Below, in pieces: positions 13,799 to 27,552 of a DNA stretch of 64,000 nucleotides. The position numbers and the translations under genes were made by a program. Source of the stretch: Eledone cirrhosa (lineage: Eukaryota). Position 1 is the stretch's first letter. The number at the start of each line of letters is the position of its first letter. A model generated the notes under the pieces. The model had not been told where the DNA came from. It did not search any database and worked only from the letters and a program-made list of their open reading frames with translations. The stretch lies in NCBI GenBank assembly GCA_964016885.1, contig OZ024743.1, positions 22,382,001 to 22,446,000 on the forward strand. The letters are read 5' to 3'.

Positions 13799-14673
13799 AG
13801 ACTGGCAACTGAAGCTGGCTGTGGACAAGTGTACCACCATGCATTTTGGGAGGAAAAATCCAGCGTCCACATACTCCCTCCACAACACTGATATCAAGAA
13901 GTCCTCTTGTGAACGTGAACTGGGCATTACTGTCAGCAGCAATTTGCGTTGGACAAAGCATGTCTCTAAGATTGTCATGAAGGCCAAGGGTGTCTTGGCA
14001 TCACTCAGCAAGACCTTTGTTAGCTGCTCTCCAGCCATCTATTTAAAACTGTATACAGCTATGGTACGACCACACTTGGAATTCACATCACCTGTCTGGA
14101 ACCCCTATCTTGCTCAGAAGATTGACCGCCTGGAAACTGTTCAGAGACGTGCAACCAAGCGCATACCCTCCATCAGACACCTACCATACTCTGAATGCCT
14201 TGCTTCCCTGGGCATGGATTCATTGAAGCTCCGACGTCTGGAAATGGACTTGATAAACACCCACAAAGTTATTAACCATCTCGCCAACAACAACCCTGAG
14301 CACCTTTTTGATCTCCATGTGTCTAACACACGTGGACATGCCTACAAAATCAGAAAACAGCACCGCTCCCATGACTTTCATAAACATTTTTTCTTGCTCA
14401 GAGTTGCTGAAGCATGGAACTGCTTGCGTCAGTTGTTAGCTGCCGAGACACTGCATCCTTTAAAACACTCATGCTTCCCGAAATACGCCAAAACTACACC
14501 TGATGTACCCCTTCCATACACATGCACACATGTGTATATCATGACTCATGCACTGTTCATTTTCCTGATATTTGTACATTACCCTATGTACTATACATAC
14601 ACTTTTTGATGAGTTGTAGTGCACCTGAGCACTGTACACAATATTTCATTATTATTATTATTATTATTATTAT
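13799..14673 (+). mobile_element. 5'-truncated copy of the CR1/L2-type LINE
   Basis: ORF 13821..14609 (ERELGI, VRPHLEF...WNPY, LETVQRRATK, TRGH); highly similar to 51345-52205; (ATT)n tail. Confidence 0.95.
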
Positions 14674-14862
14674 AATTCTTATGCTGGTTTCAGTTATTAG
14701 ACTGTGGCCATACTGAGGCACCCCCCATTCAAAGGTTTAGTCAACCATACTAATTTCAATACTCATTTCAGTCTGGTACATATTTTATGAATCTCTATTT
14801 GTTGAACTGCTAGGTTATGGGACTTGAATGGAGACAACATAATACCAGTTTTTAGACTAGTG

Positions 14863-15047
14863 CAGTGGTTCCCAAAGTGGGTTCTGTGGAACCCAAGGGT
14901 TCCACAAAGGAGTGTCTGGGGTTCTGTGAAAAAAGTTAGAGGAGTATATTAATATTACGACCATATAACAGTATTAAACTTTGGGGTTCCCCCAAAAGTT
15001 TCCGAACCAAAAAGGGTTCTGTGTTTGAAAAGGTTTGTGAAGCCTTA
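14863..15047. mobile_element. hAT (Buster/Charlie-like) MITE
   Basis: Left TIR cagtggttcccaaa, degenerate right TIR tttgtgaagcctta; 8-bp TSD gactagtg at 14855-14862 and 15048-15055. Confidence 0.7.
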
Positions 15048-15954
15048 GACTAGTGTAAACATGAACACACTGGCACACTCACAAATATGATGGGGCTTAG
15101 CTCAATTTCAAATTATACCTAAGTTACTTGTTAAACAAAGACTATAGTAGTAGAGACTTGCTCGAGATACCACAGAAGAGTGGTATCAAAACCAGATCCA
15201 TGAGTTTGTGAAGTGAAATTCTTAACCCCTATAACCTTTTAGTGGTAGACTAAATTTATATTTTTCTCTGCCTAAGTAAAATCAATATTGATCTTACTAT
15301 AGAATTAAATTTACTATAGAATTCACCATGCTACAGGGAGTTTGATATATGTAAGCATATTTGAAATTTATAAAATTATAATAATACTAATATTACCATT
15401 TTCTCAGTAAGACTAAATTTGACTTTTGCATAATTACCATTTTACAAACATTAAATATACGTTCACATATTGAATAGGTTGTTATTCCTGTTACATGGCA
15501 TCTTCTTCAATTTTATATTGTTATAATATCAGTGGCTTATGATATTAGTATGTATCACTTCTGCTAATTTTGACAGTCTATGAAGCAGTTTGTTTTTGCT
15601 ATTTCTTCAGAATAAGCCAGCATAGAACTAATGTTTTAATAGATTGCTGAATGCTTATCTATTATTTATGCAAAAAGATAAAAATGTGCTTCAAACATAT
15701 TGTTATAAATATAAGCTTGTATAAGCTTACAAACACTGTACATACTTCCACATACTGATTAATATTACTGGCCTCTAATTCCAGACTTTGTTTGCAACTG
15801 AGATCAAAATAGCCAAATACTAATACAATCAAATTTTATTATGGAAATCTTAATTCAGTATACTAATACTAATGAGGTTAAAAAATAGGTTTATACAGTT
15901 AATTTAAACTTTCTATATTGATAACTTATATTCATATTATTTCATACAATATAC

Positions 15955-16587
15955 AAGTCCTTCAACTGCCACTACCAAGGAAAACATTGAGTTCATCACA
16001 TGGTGATAGATGACAGACAATTGACAGTAAATCAAATGTCCTGTAAGATAATTGAGAATATTCTGCACAATGAACTTTGCACGATGAAGGTTTCTGCTTG
16101 GTGGGTGCCACGTCTTCTGAAACCTGATCAAAATTGCACCAGGCTGATCACATCACAGGCAAACCTGACATTGTTTGAGACAGATCTAGCTGGTTTCCTT
16201 GAACATTGGTCTTGTTTCATCAGGCAAATGTTCCTGCACACAATTCCTTGGTTTCAATGGCTGATGTGTGTGACTGTGGCTTTGAACTGGTTGATCACCC
16301 TTCTTATTCTCCTTATTTGGCTCCTATCTGACTACCATCTATCTCTTCCCCAACATGAAAAAAGACTTGGCTGGGAATTAGTATTGCAGTGATGATAACA
16401 TCATATCTGCTGTTAATGACTTGACAAACAGGATGAAAGCTTCTTCACCAATGGGATCCATGCACTGCAGCACCAATGGAAGAAGTGTGTGAACTGTAAG
16501 GGAAACTATGTTGAAAAATAAACCTCATTTGATCAGATTCCTTGAGAGTATTTGGTCAGCCTATGAACATTTCAGTCAAACCTTGTA
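15955..16587 (+). mobile_element. Internally deleted mariner transposase relic with right TIR
   Basis: VSAWWVPRLL (WVPxxL motif), degenerate HPPYSPDLAP.DY, WKKCV..KGNYVEK*, TIR-like end closing on TA. Confidence 0.85.
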
Positions 16588-18155
16588 CTGTATGTCTCCA
16601 TGTCTGAAGAGGTAACTAAAAGGTTTAGTGTCAGGAGGGTTACCCAGCTGTAAAATGTTTTCAAAACATCCTATCTATCTCATGCCAGCATAGAAAAGTG
16701 GATGTGAAAACAATGATGATGATAAAGATGTTTGCATTTCATTTTAAACAGAATGATGTGTAGATTTGTAGAGTCAACAAAAATGAAGGGACTCACTTTT
16801 CATTCACTTTCACATTAATCATTAATGTTTGTAAAGAAAATGTAAACTTATATTTATCATTCAATTTTAATTTATCTATGATTATAAAGAAATGAAATGT
16901 GAAAAATTCAAATAGGATTGATTAAAGTGGATGGACTTCGTTCAGTTTTGAATCAGCTAAAGTACACCTGCTCACTGGCTGATTATTCTACAGAAACATG
17001 CACCCTTAATGTAATCTTAAGGCAAGATAAGCATAACACACTGTGTGACAAGCCTGAACCTTTGAAGGACAGGTACAACTCATCTGATAGGCTTCCGTAC
17101 AGTTACTATCTCTCCAATTTTACTCTCAAGGTTTAATTCAACCCAAGGCTAAGGTGGGGTCCTGATTGCAAAGTTTACTTCTTAACCAATGGTTCAAGAA
17201 ATAAAGTAATATTTCTAACCTTAGGCTCAAGGATGCACATTTTGGGGGAAAGATTTAATCAAGCCCAGTACATGTCTGTCACTCATTTTATAATTCTGAA
17301 AAGATAAAATCAACCCTACTCCTCACTACCAATCTTTGTGTCATTGTACGAAGTTTTTATCTACATTTATTTATATATTAATTAGGAAATAAACCATTCC
17401 ATGTAATATGACAAATTCCATGAAGAAAAAAAATCATTGAGTATGTTGTTGAATAGAAGAATTGTCTGTAATCATAGCAAAACAAAATCAAGCAAGAGAT
17501 TCAATGACTTTAATGATTTAACTCAAATAATCAGCTGAAAGTTCAGGCTCCCAAAAGGTAACATATGGATAGCCTCAATTCATTAGCCTAAGACATTTAA
17601 ATATTTACTTAGCCTAAAAATATTGGAGTATTTTATGCCCTACATCTCAAGGATATCAAATCTCAATATGTCATTTATTATATCAACTGGGGTTTCTTCT
17701 TCAGTTGGTTGTTTTAAAAGTAGTTACTAATTTAGAGAAATTAATAAAATCTTTCTTTACTTGTTTTTCTTTCTTCACAATGATGGATATAACACAAAGG
17801 TATTTTGCTCTATAGCTGAAGTTAGACAAAAACCAGAAAATGTTCATACTACAATTCAATTTCTTTCATTTTTAATTCATCTTTCACTCACAGCTTTCTG
17901 CTTCATTAACAAATACAACACAATTTCACACCAACTAAATAAAACTCACCAATTATTAACATTAATCAATGTGCTAATTGGTCTATCATATAATCAGATA
18001 TATTCACAAAATCGTAATTTTAATGAAAACAAACTGCATTAAATCCATCGCGTACAAAGATTTAATTTAGCATTTAAATTTGTTGTAATTATCAATCTTC
18101 AAGATGTCTAGCTAAAAAAAGAGAAGGAAAGGAAATAATTCTATTATATACTCAC

Positions 18156-18222
18156 ATCTCCTGTTGTTGCTACATGACCAGTGATGCCAATGTTAATTGG
18201 ATATCTTGGTTCTCTTGACAAC
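18156..18222 (-). CDS. PDE11: PDE11/PDE5-like phosphodiesterase exon (GAF-B), first exon visible in window
   Basis: ctgtag acceptor, gtgagt donor; 1 nt plus 22 codons, LSREPRYPINIGITGHVATTGD, matching the PDE GAF motif PINIGITGHVATTG. Confidence 0.9.
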
Positions 18223-19088
18223 CTACAGTAATAACAGTAGACAAACAATTGAAAACAACAAGAGAGAGAAAGATGGAATTTAAAACATATTTCACACTAA
18301 AATAAAGAATAATCATGAAAGCCATGTATTAACTCTTTCTTTTTAACATGATATGCCATAAGTTGTTATTGTTTAACACCCAACCAGCCCTGACTGGAAC
18401 AGACTCTCATCTAACAATACAAAATCAGGTTTTCACTGAACTACTTTGACAGCCCAGTTTTGACTATCATATGGAACTGCTCCAGTAATCTCATTAATGA
18501 CTTGCGAAATCATGGTAGAATTTTGTATTTACAAAATATATTAATCACAGACTTTAAAGTATCCACCTGGGAATGAAAACCAGATCACAAACTTGATCTG
18601 CAAGTTAGTTTATAATCCGTTCTGTATTTCTTACAAACAGCAACCAAAATACATGATATATTTTAGTGCAATTCAATACAAATACCACATAAACTTAGAA
18701 ATGAAGTAATACAAAGATATAAATTTCAACATATTAAAAAAATGACAAGTCAGCACTACATAAGTAATAAAAAAAAAGTTTAATAATGGAACTCTTTTGT
18801 TGTCATATTTTAAATCATACTGCCTATGAACTTTAAATAATTTTAAAATGTATCAAGAGTTTAGAAAGATTTAGTAGTATGATTAAATTCTTCACTATTA
18901 AGCCAGTGTTCAGAACATATAAAAGGTTCTTGTGTAAAATTATGATGAAATAGTTTTCGATAAACATAAACACTTTAAAACAAACAGTTTTGCATTGTAG
19001 AACTAGGGGTGGTTTCAGGTAGTTTAGCACCCTAAATAATTGAGTCATTATTCTGTATATGATTCCTATTTCACAGACCAAGGTATAG

Positions 19089-19127
<39 letters not shown>

Positions 19128-19614
19128 TCTAAATGAGTTCAGAATTTAATGAGATATAATTAAATATTACGAGCCAGAAATTTAACTGGTATGTTATTTT
19201 ATCAACCCAGGAAGAATGAAGGGCAAATTTGAAAATGTCAGGATTTGATTTCAGAATGTAAAGCTCAGTACAAATACTATAAGTTATTTTGTCCAATGCT
19301 GTATTGATTCTCCCAATCAATAATAGTTTCCAATTTTGGCACATAATCAGCAAAATTGAATGGAGAGGGCCGTTGATGAAATCAACAGGAGTACTTGACT
19401 GGTATTTTATTTTATTGACTCCAGAAGGATGAAAGAAAAATGGTTTCTATTTTAAGCACAAAGCCCACAGTTTAGGAAAAGGAGGAACCCCAATACTTGA
19501 TTTGTATTTAACATTATTAACTCTGGATGGCTGGAAGGTGAATATAGTCACAACAGACTATAGATGCAAAATGTATAGGCTATACTAACAATCTAAACTC
19601 TGTCTTAAGCCAGA

Positions 19615-19860
19615 AGGCTCGTTAGACCGGTTCTTATCCTGGTTTCATGATGTGAAGTGACTGAGAGTACAAGACCTCCCCCTGGACAACACACTTATCC
19701 ACCGAAGGGTTAAACCCCCAGCTATTGCTGGTATATTGGAGCAACATGAAATGAAGTGTTTTGCTCCAGAACACAGCACGCAACCCAGCCCAGGAATGAA
19801 ACCTACGACATTATGATTCTAAGTCCAACACCCTTACCACTAGGCCATGCACCTCCACAT
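19615..19860 (-). mobile_element. tRNA-derived SINE, family 2-related
   Basis: Minus strand tggcctagtggtaaggg head; aaaacacttcatttcatgttgctcc core. Confidence 0.65.
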
Positions 19861-20596
19861 AGGCCTATAACTAACAATAATGTTAATGATACTAATAACG
19901 ATTTCTAATTTAGGCACAAGGTCAACAAATTTGGGGAAAGGAGAAAGTTGATTAAATTGATCCTAGCACTTGATTGGTACTTTATTTTCTTAACTCCTAA
20001 ATGCTGAAAAATAGAGTTGGCCTTGGCTAGATTTAAACTGAAATACTACAATGGCATTTTATCCAATACTGTCTCAATTCTTCCAATCCAAACACAAATG
20101 AACAGATTTTGAAGTAGAAGAAAATTGATTAAATTGCATCCAATATTTCACTGACAGGCACCTATTGTATTGACTTTAAAAGATTCTACGGCAAAATTCC
20201 AACTCCTAATGTAAAGAAGTACAACAAACTACTGAAGAACATTTAATCCTGGAATCTACAAATTCTGCCATCTACCACCTTTAAGAATAGGAAAAGAGCT
20301 GATCATCAGAGAGGACCAAGGAAATTATATTTGAATTGGTATTTCCATTGCAGATACTATTATATTGGTTACAAACGCTGGCAGAAGGGGATGGGATTTG
20401 AACGCAGAACACACAGAGCTGGATCAGATATTGCAGACTATTGTGTCTGACATTTTAACAATTGTGCCAATCCACTGCTCTTGGTCTCATAAGTTATTTA
20501 TTGACCCAGAAAAGATGAAATGCCTGACTGACCTCAGTGGGATTTCAACTGTGTGTGCAGAGAACTGGAACAAATACCCATGTTGCCAATAACAAT

Positions 20597-20985
20597 AACG
20601 ATTTCTAGTATAGGCACAAGGCCAGTAATTTGGGGGGAGGGGAAAGTCGATTAAATCGACCCCAGTACATTACTGGTGTTTTATTTTATCGACCCCGTAA
20701 GGATGAAAGGCAAAGTTAACCTTGGCAGGATTTGAACTCAGATCATAAAGGGCCATAACTCTATGCTGCAAAGCATGGCATCCGGCCATCTACCGATACT
20801 GCCAATCCACCATATCGGTAGAGGGTCGGACGCCATGCTTTTTAGCATAGTTACGTCCCTTTACGATCTGAGTTCAAATCCCGCCGAGGTTGACTTTGCC
20901 TTACATCCTTACGGGGTCGATAAAATAAAGTACGAGTAATGCACTGGTTAATTGCTGTCCTTGTGCCTAAAGTAGAAACAATTAT
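20597..20985. mobile_element. Head-to-head pair of family-1 SINEs (minus 20597-20812, plus 20813-20985)
   Basis: taccgata-ctgccaatccacca-tatcggta junction; arms complementary over most of their length. Confidence 0.9.
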
Positions 20986-22399
20986 ATTTATAACAATGAT
21001 CAGGATGTTAACAATAATAAACATCATCATTGTGATTATTATCGAATGGAGTGAGGAAATGATATGATTCTCCTTAGAGGGTGGCATTCATAAACAACAA
21101 AGTATACTATAAAGATATGAAAAAGAAGAAAGCACTTTATCAAATCAACCATCAATTTAAATAGATTAGCAGCTACAAGATGAGATATAATTGGAAATAA
21201 CAGTCCAACACAGGCAAAACTGTTTATAATTAAAAAAGACATTAAGAAATATATATGAACACACCTATATATAAACAATTCAACAAGTGAGATAAAGAAG
21301 AAAACATACTGTATGACAAGTTGCTACACACACACATTTTATATATATCATAATCCTCATTTTATGACACATACACACAATAACTCAAATGAAACATTAA
21401 CACACAAAAATATAATGACATAGTTAAACCAATCAACTGAGATAAGTAGTGACAACAGCAGACCAGTATATGTGATTTCATACATTGATGATTTGTAGTC
21501 AGTGAAAAGATATAGAAACTAAGATAGTAAAACCAAATTAGGTTCCATGGAAGAAAGAGCATTGATACCAAAATTACCACTCACAAAAGAATAAGAACAA
21601 CTAATGAAGCAATTCAACAAAACTTGCAAGATACAGACAGCAAATAAATTACATGAACTACATACTAATCACCATCATCATCATTATCATCAATGTTGTT
21701 AAAAAAAAAAGAAAAATGGAAAGAAGAACAAATATATGAGGAAAGTTACCTTAGAAATCAACAAAACAAATTGAAAGAAATTAGTATTCTTTAACATTAA
21801 CTTACATTCAAAGCAAGGAAGTAAATCTTGATGGTAGGAGATAACAGAGAATGGTAGAGAAAATAGTGGAATATTATATAGTGTGTGTCTGCAACATAAA
21901 TACATGAAACTGAAGAACTACTACAGCAATAAGTACAAGAATTTGTGGAAAGAGTTTCGAGATTTGATAATCAAAGAAGTAATTTGCCCAAACCAAGAAA
22001 GAAACGATTTACAGAAAACAAGAAACAGCACAGCTCAGACTATAAAACAAAAGAACAGTTGAATAACAATACCTCAAATAAGTAAATAGTAATAATTCTT
22101 TCTAACATTCACACAAGATTTGGGGAAGATGAAAGTCAATTATATTGCCCTCACTACTTATTTAGTATTTTATTTTATTGACCCTGGATGGGTGAAAGAC
22201 AATGTTAACCTCAGTGAGATTTGAACTCAGAAAATTGCTGCTTTGATGACTCTGCTCTTGAGGAAAATACATTGGGAACATAAAGACAAAAAAGTTACAA
22301 CACAGAGTGGGATTTATATGGAGTAACGGGAATAGGTACACAAAGAGAAGTCAGTAGGTATAACAATAATAGTAACTGTAGTTAATAATGGTTTTTTAA

Positions 22400-22964
22400 G
22401 GGAAAGGAAAGTCGATAAAATCGACCCCAGTGCATTACTGGTACTTTATTTTATCGACCCGTAAGGATGAAAGGCAAAGCTAGCCTCGGCGGGACTTGAA
22501 CTCAGAATGTAAAGGGCCGAAGCTCTACCACTACTGCCAATCCATTGCCTTGTAATAAATAATAATTGTTTCTACTTTTGGCACAAGGCCAGCAATTATT
22601 CCAGTGTATTACTGGTACTTTATTTTATCGACCCCGTAAGGATGAAAGGCAAAGTTAACCTCGCCGGAATTTGAACTCAGACCATAAAGGGAAGTAACTC
22701 TTTGCTGCAAAGCATGGCGTCCAACCCTCTACCGATACTGCCAATCCACCACCCTTGTAATAAATAATTGTTTCTACTTTAGGCACAAGGCCAGCAATTA
22801 CCATGTGCATTACTGGTACTTTATTTTATCGACCCTGTAAGGATGAAAGGCAAAGTGAACCTCGGCGGGATTTGAACTCAGATCGTAAAGGGACGTAACT
22901 ATGCTGGAAAGCATGGTGTCCGACCCTCTACCGATACTGCCAATCCACCCTTGTAATAAATAAT
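22400..22964 (-). mobile_element. Three tandem family-1 SINEs separated by a repeated 16-bp target sequence
   Basis: ccttgtaataaataat at 22548, 22753 and 22949; the copies differ from one another. Confidence 0.9.
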
Positions 22965-25236
22965 AATTATACAAAACAATAACAAATGTCAACAAGGAAA
23001 AGTTCCCCAATGTGAAAGGACTGCACTTTAGAGTAATTCTAGATAAAGCCCCAAACAAATTCCTGGATTAGCCTGCCATATCAAGGACATTTAAAGTGTT
23101 CTCTCCAAGTTTCCTACCTGTTCTTTACAAAATCATAGTCAGAATAAACCCATCCAGCTACATCAATTCTACTCTTCTTATTCATCTTTGATAAAACAGA
23201 TTAAAATTCAGCACTTCACCTTTACTCTCACCTTTTAAATGGTACTTGATAAAGCTGATGAAGGTCTGGCCAGAGCAAAAGATTCCTGTCATCAAGCCTT
23301 TTAGAGATTTCTACCATACAGCTTCCTTCACCATAGCTACTAGTCCAAGAAAGACTAGCCATACCTTCATTCAATTTTCTCTATAGACCCAGCTGATAGC
23401 TGGATCAATCATACCCATGAGCACTGTTACTAGAGTTCATACTGTTGTAGGTATTTGGGTCAGGCTTCCAGTTTGGGGATACTTTCCCCACTCACATTTT
23501 GCAAATAAAAAAAGGAACATGGGCACTGCCCTTCCTTTGGACAAAAACAATTTTAAAAAACACTACAGAAACTGGAAATAAGCTTTGGTTTTATGTATCC
23601 CTAAAACTTGAAATGGTATTAGCAGTGTTGATAGTAGTTGACTCTATAAACTGAATGTTAATGCTATGGAGACATGAGTACATCTGATAGATATTGTTGT
23701 AACAACCACACGATGAACATGGTGTTGATTTGTTCATGTCTTCAGTTGACTAATGTTTATTTGTTTTAATAACAGTCTATTTATATGATTCAGTGTCCGG
23801 CTCATTTGGTGAATTGAAAGAAAATTGCTATCTTAATTAGTTTTATATTGTGAACCCATGTGATAGTTGAAGCCACACTTAGAAGAATCTTAACTAAACT
23901 CTATTAAGTATGTAAATATAATACCTAATAACAACTATATTATGAAATTTGAAATATCTGCAACCTAATGCAAATGGCCAATAACAATACTCATTATAAA
24001 TAATAGTTGCAAAAATTGAATAACGTAGCCTTAGACACAGACAAAATTGAACTGAAGCACAAATGCCATTTTTTCTGTCTCAACTATCATTTATAGTGAT
24101 GAAGTTTTATTATGGTCATTTGCATTAGGATGCACACAGTCAATCAGTTGTTTAAACTATGATTTCAATATTTGAGTTATTTGAATTGATGGTTTAGAAC
24201 ATAGTAATTAATAATTGATAAATTGAACTTGATTTATGATATCATGCTTTATAACAACTAATCAAGACAAAGATCTTCAATATAATCTAAATATATATAT
24301 ATAGCTAGATGTCAATTACTTATATCACAACTGTCATTTCCTTGAATCCAATTTGTGACCATGGACCATGCATGATTCTTAAGATTCTTAAGAGAATTAC
24401 TGCGCTGTAAAACATTCTACTTGAATGGCATTATTTAAATCAATCATTTCTTGACCGAGTCTATACTTGAGAAGATAATTGGCTTGTTTCACTCAACTAG
24501 CTACATAATGAATAAGTGTTTTGATAGAACTACATAATTTCAAATTAAATCTGTGTTTGTAGTTGTTATTTTGCTATCTATTGAGTAGTTCACTGGTTTA
24601 GAGGTTTGGTTCATAATGATGAGGTCCTGTGTTTGATCCTATTGTATGGAATCTTACACAGATGTCTTTAACATAGCCTCATGTTGACTTAAAAATTGTG
24701 AGTAAAATTGTGAAAACAAAGGTTTTTGAAGCCCAATTCAGTCTTGTCATACATTGAGACAAGCTGAATCTCTCTGAAAATAACATTAAGGGTACACATG
24801 TCTGTGAAATATTCAACCACTTACATGTTAATTTATGAATCAATTGTTCAGTTGATCAAACTACTGAGTGTTCATTGTTGAACAGAGGATCCATCATGGT
24901 ATTTTCAGCTTCTCAAACCTGTATTGCTTGTATAATATGTATTGCTTTATATAATAAATTTCTTTTTTATATATTCATTGAAACTGAAAGTCACTTGTGC
25001 ATATTTTCTCTGTATTGTTTATTACTTTTACTTTCATATTTTGTCTGTTCTACATTTACATTTTGCTTGTAGATATATACACACACACACAAACATGTTC
25101 ACGCACATCCACGCATAATTTTATTAGATACAAAATACATTGCAATTGAATAGTTTCTGTGACACAATATTGTATTGCATTAGAAGTCAGAATGTGAATG
25201 TATATAATTGCATTTTGACTTTTGACATAATATAAT

Positions 25237-25419
25237 TGTTTCTACTTTTTGGCACAAGGCCAGCAATTACCCAGTGCATTATTGGTACTTTATTTTATCG
25301 ACCCTGTAAGGATGAAAGGCAAAGTCAACCTCAGCGGGATTTGAACTCAGATCGTTAAGGGACGTAACTATGCTGGAAAGCATGGCATCCGACCCTCTAC
25401 CGATACTGCCAATCCACCC
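25237..25419 (-). mobile_element. Young family-1 SINE with 19-bp TSD
   Basis: acttttgacataatataat at 25218-25236 and 25420-25438. Confidence 0.92.
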
Positions 25420-27552
25420 ACTTTTGACATAATATAATAATGCATTGAAACAATTATACAATTGCTAGGTATAATATACCTAATATAATTTGCATAAACT
25501 ATACATGTATAATGTATTAAATTTATTATTAAAATGTGGGCTCCTTGAGTCTTGTTCTGAAATATCAACTGGCATTCACACATATTGGATTCTGATCTGG
25601 TGATAGTAATAGACTACAAAAGTATTTATAATATAGTATTTTAACTCAGTTCAAACTTTATTTCTTATGACTTTCTCTATTAGTTATTTTTATAATTACA
25701 ATTCCCATACTTTAAAAGTTTGCCTCTTTTATAATTATGTACCTATCTTTAAACATTTGTTTATCTTAAATATTTTATTTTAATCATATTTACAAGTCTA
25801 ATTCCATTTGTCTACCTTTTACACTATTTTACACTGTGCTCTTGGCAACAAATCCTACCCCCACTCCATTGCACCCTTATTAAACTAACTTTCTATTAAG
25901 ACTGATAAAGATTTTGATCCATATGACTAAAATGAAACATGACAAGTGCTTGAAAAACTCTGTAAATACATGAATATTGAAGTAAAAATAAGTAAGATAT
26001 GACCATGACAAAAAGCACCCGGTCCAGCCTGTAAAGTGGAAGTACTGGTGCCTTAAAAGAGGCTTCCAGTACATGCTGTGAAGTGCTTAGCTGTAGGAAG
26101 GCCATCCTGCTGTAGAAACCAAGCCAAAAGCCTATGTGCAAGACAGTCATATGACATGTCTGACAGTCACATTAATTGCTACTGCTGATGATGATGACAG
26201 TAAAGGTTGAACCACTATCAGTGTAGTGATTATAATAAAGATGAACAACTACATAAATGCCATACCAGGTGTTACAAAGTTGAACACATTCTAAAAAGAA
26301 TTACCCTCAAGCTCCCCCCCCCCCCTATTGGGAAACTGTTCCTGGTTGATATCTGTTATTGTTATCATATTATAATTACTGTTATCGTTATACCTACTAT
26401 TTTCTCTTTGATGATGTCTCCTTTCCTGTAATCCCCTCTCTGTGTTGTTTTTGTTCTTGTATTGTTCCCAATGACTTGAGCTCATTATTCTCTTTTTTCT
26501 TACACTGGTACAAGACAACAAATGTATAGTGTACAGTAAATGAATTAGCATCAATATATTCCTTGGAATTATATATCTAACAAATACACAAAGCCTCAAA
26601 ATTTGGGCTAAAATATTTCATTGCGGTTTACTTTCCCAGCCACATAAAGGAATGTAACTAAATACTGCAAAGTATTGTGTCTGTTGATCTTCTGATCCTG
26701 ACAAGCCACCTAGGAATTATAAGAACAAAAACACAGATAACAGTTATACATACTCATCTGAATTGTTCTTGTCAACATCTGTGGCATGAAGTTCAAATAC
26801 ATCGGAAAAAATGCCCTGGAAATAAAGAAAGAATTTGCTATAAGAAAGGGAAAAAAGAAAGATTCATATACAAGCCAAAAAACAGAAGTGAGACATTTTA
26901 TAATTGATGGAACATGACAATATGTTTAGGATGCTTGCTTCATAATCATGAGGTTCCAGGTTTGATTCCTCTCTGCAGGTAGCACCTTATGCAGATGATT
27001 TCTACCAAGCCTTTTAAGACAAAATATGTAGACGGAAAGTGTGTGTAAGCTCATTTCATTATCTTAGCTTTGCCAGTTTCATGCATTTTAACTTTTTAAT
27101 CAGGGAGAGAAGGGCCATGACCATGACTCTTTGGTTTTTCAAAGCTTCCAAAATTGGAGGGTGGAAGGAAAGAAGCTATCCTCAAAACAGAGATTTAACT
27201 CAAATACTTGCTGCAGAGTTAAATTTGCTAATAAAAAAAAAACCCAAGATCTAGTGGTTGTCTTAAAATGGACTATGAATTAAATCCACCACACATGAAC
27301 TCAAGACACAAAATGCTGGAACAAATACAAGAAAGTAGTTTGTCTAACACCCTAAGAATTCTGCCAATCCACTACTCCGGACCTCAGTGAGATCTGAACT
27401 CAGAGCACAGACAGCGAGAACAAATTCCACAAATTATTCTATTCAATGTTCAAATGATTCTGCTAATTTAACAGGTATTAGATGGGCTACAAATTTGTGT
27501 GGATAAGACTTAATATCTGTTAGATTAATAAAAAGAATAGTTCTAAAGTGAG

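Noticed and set aside
22810-25461. Recurrent short ORFs ending SSNPAEVDFAFHPYRVDKIKYQ
   Set aside because: Incidental translation of family-1 SINE copies.
26291-26599. ORF MSSSHWEQYK...GGGELE with a gtaatt donor as a PDE exon
   Set aside because: The donor is phase 1 but the next exon needs phase 2, and the phase-2 reading hits TGA; no PDE similarity.
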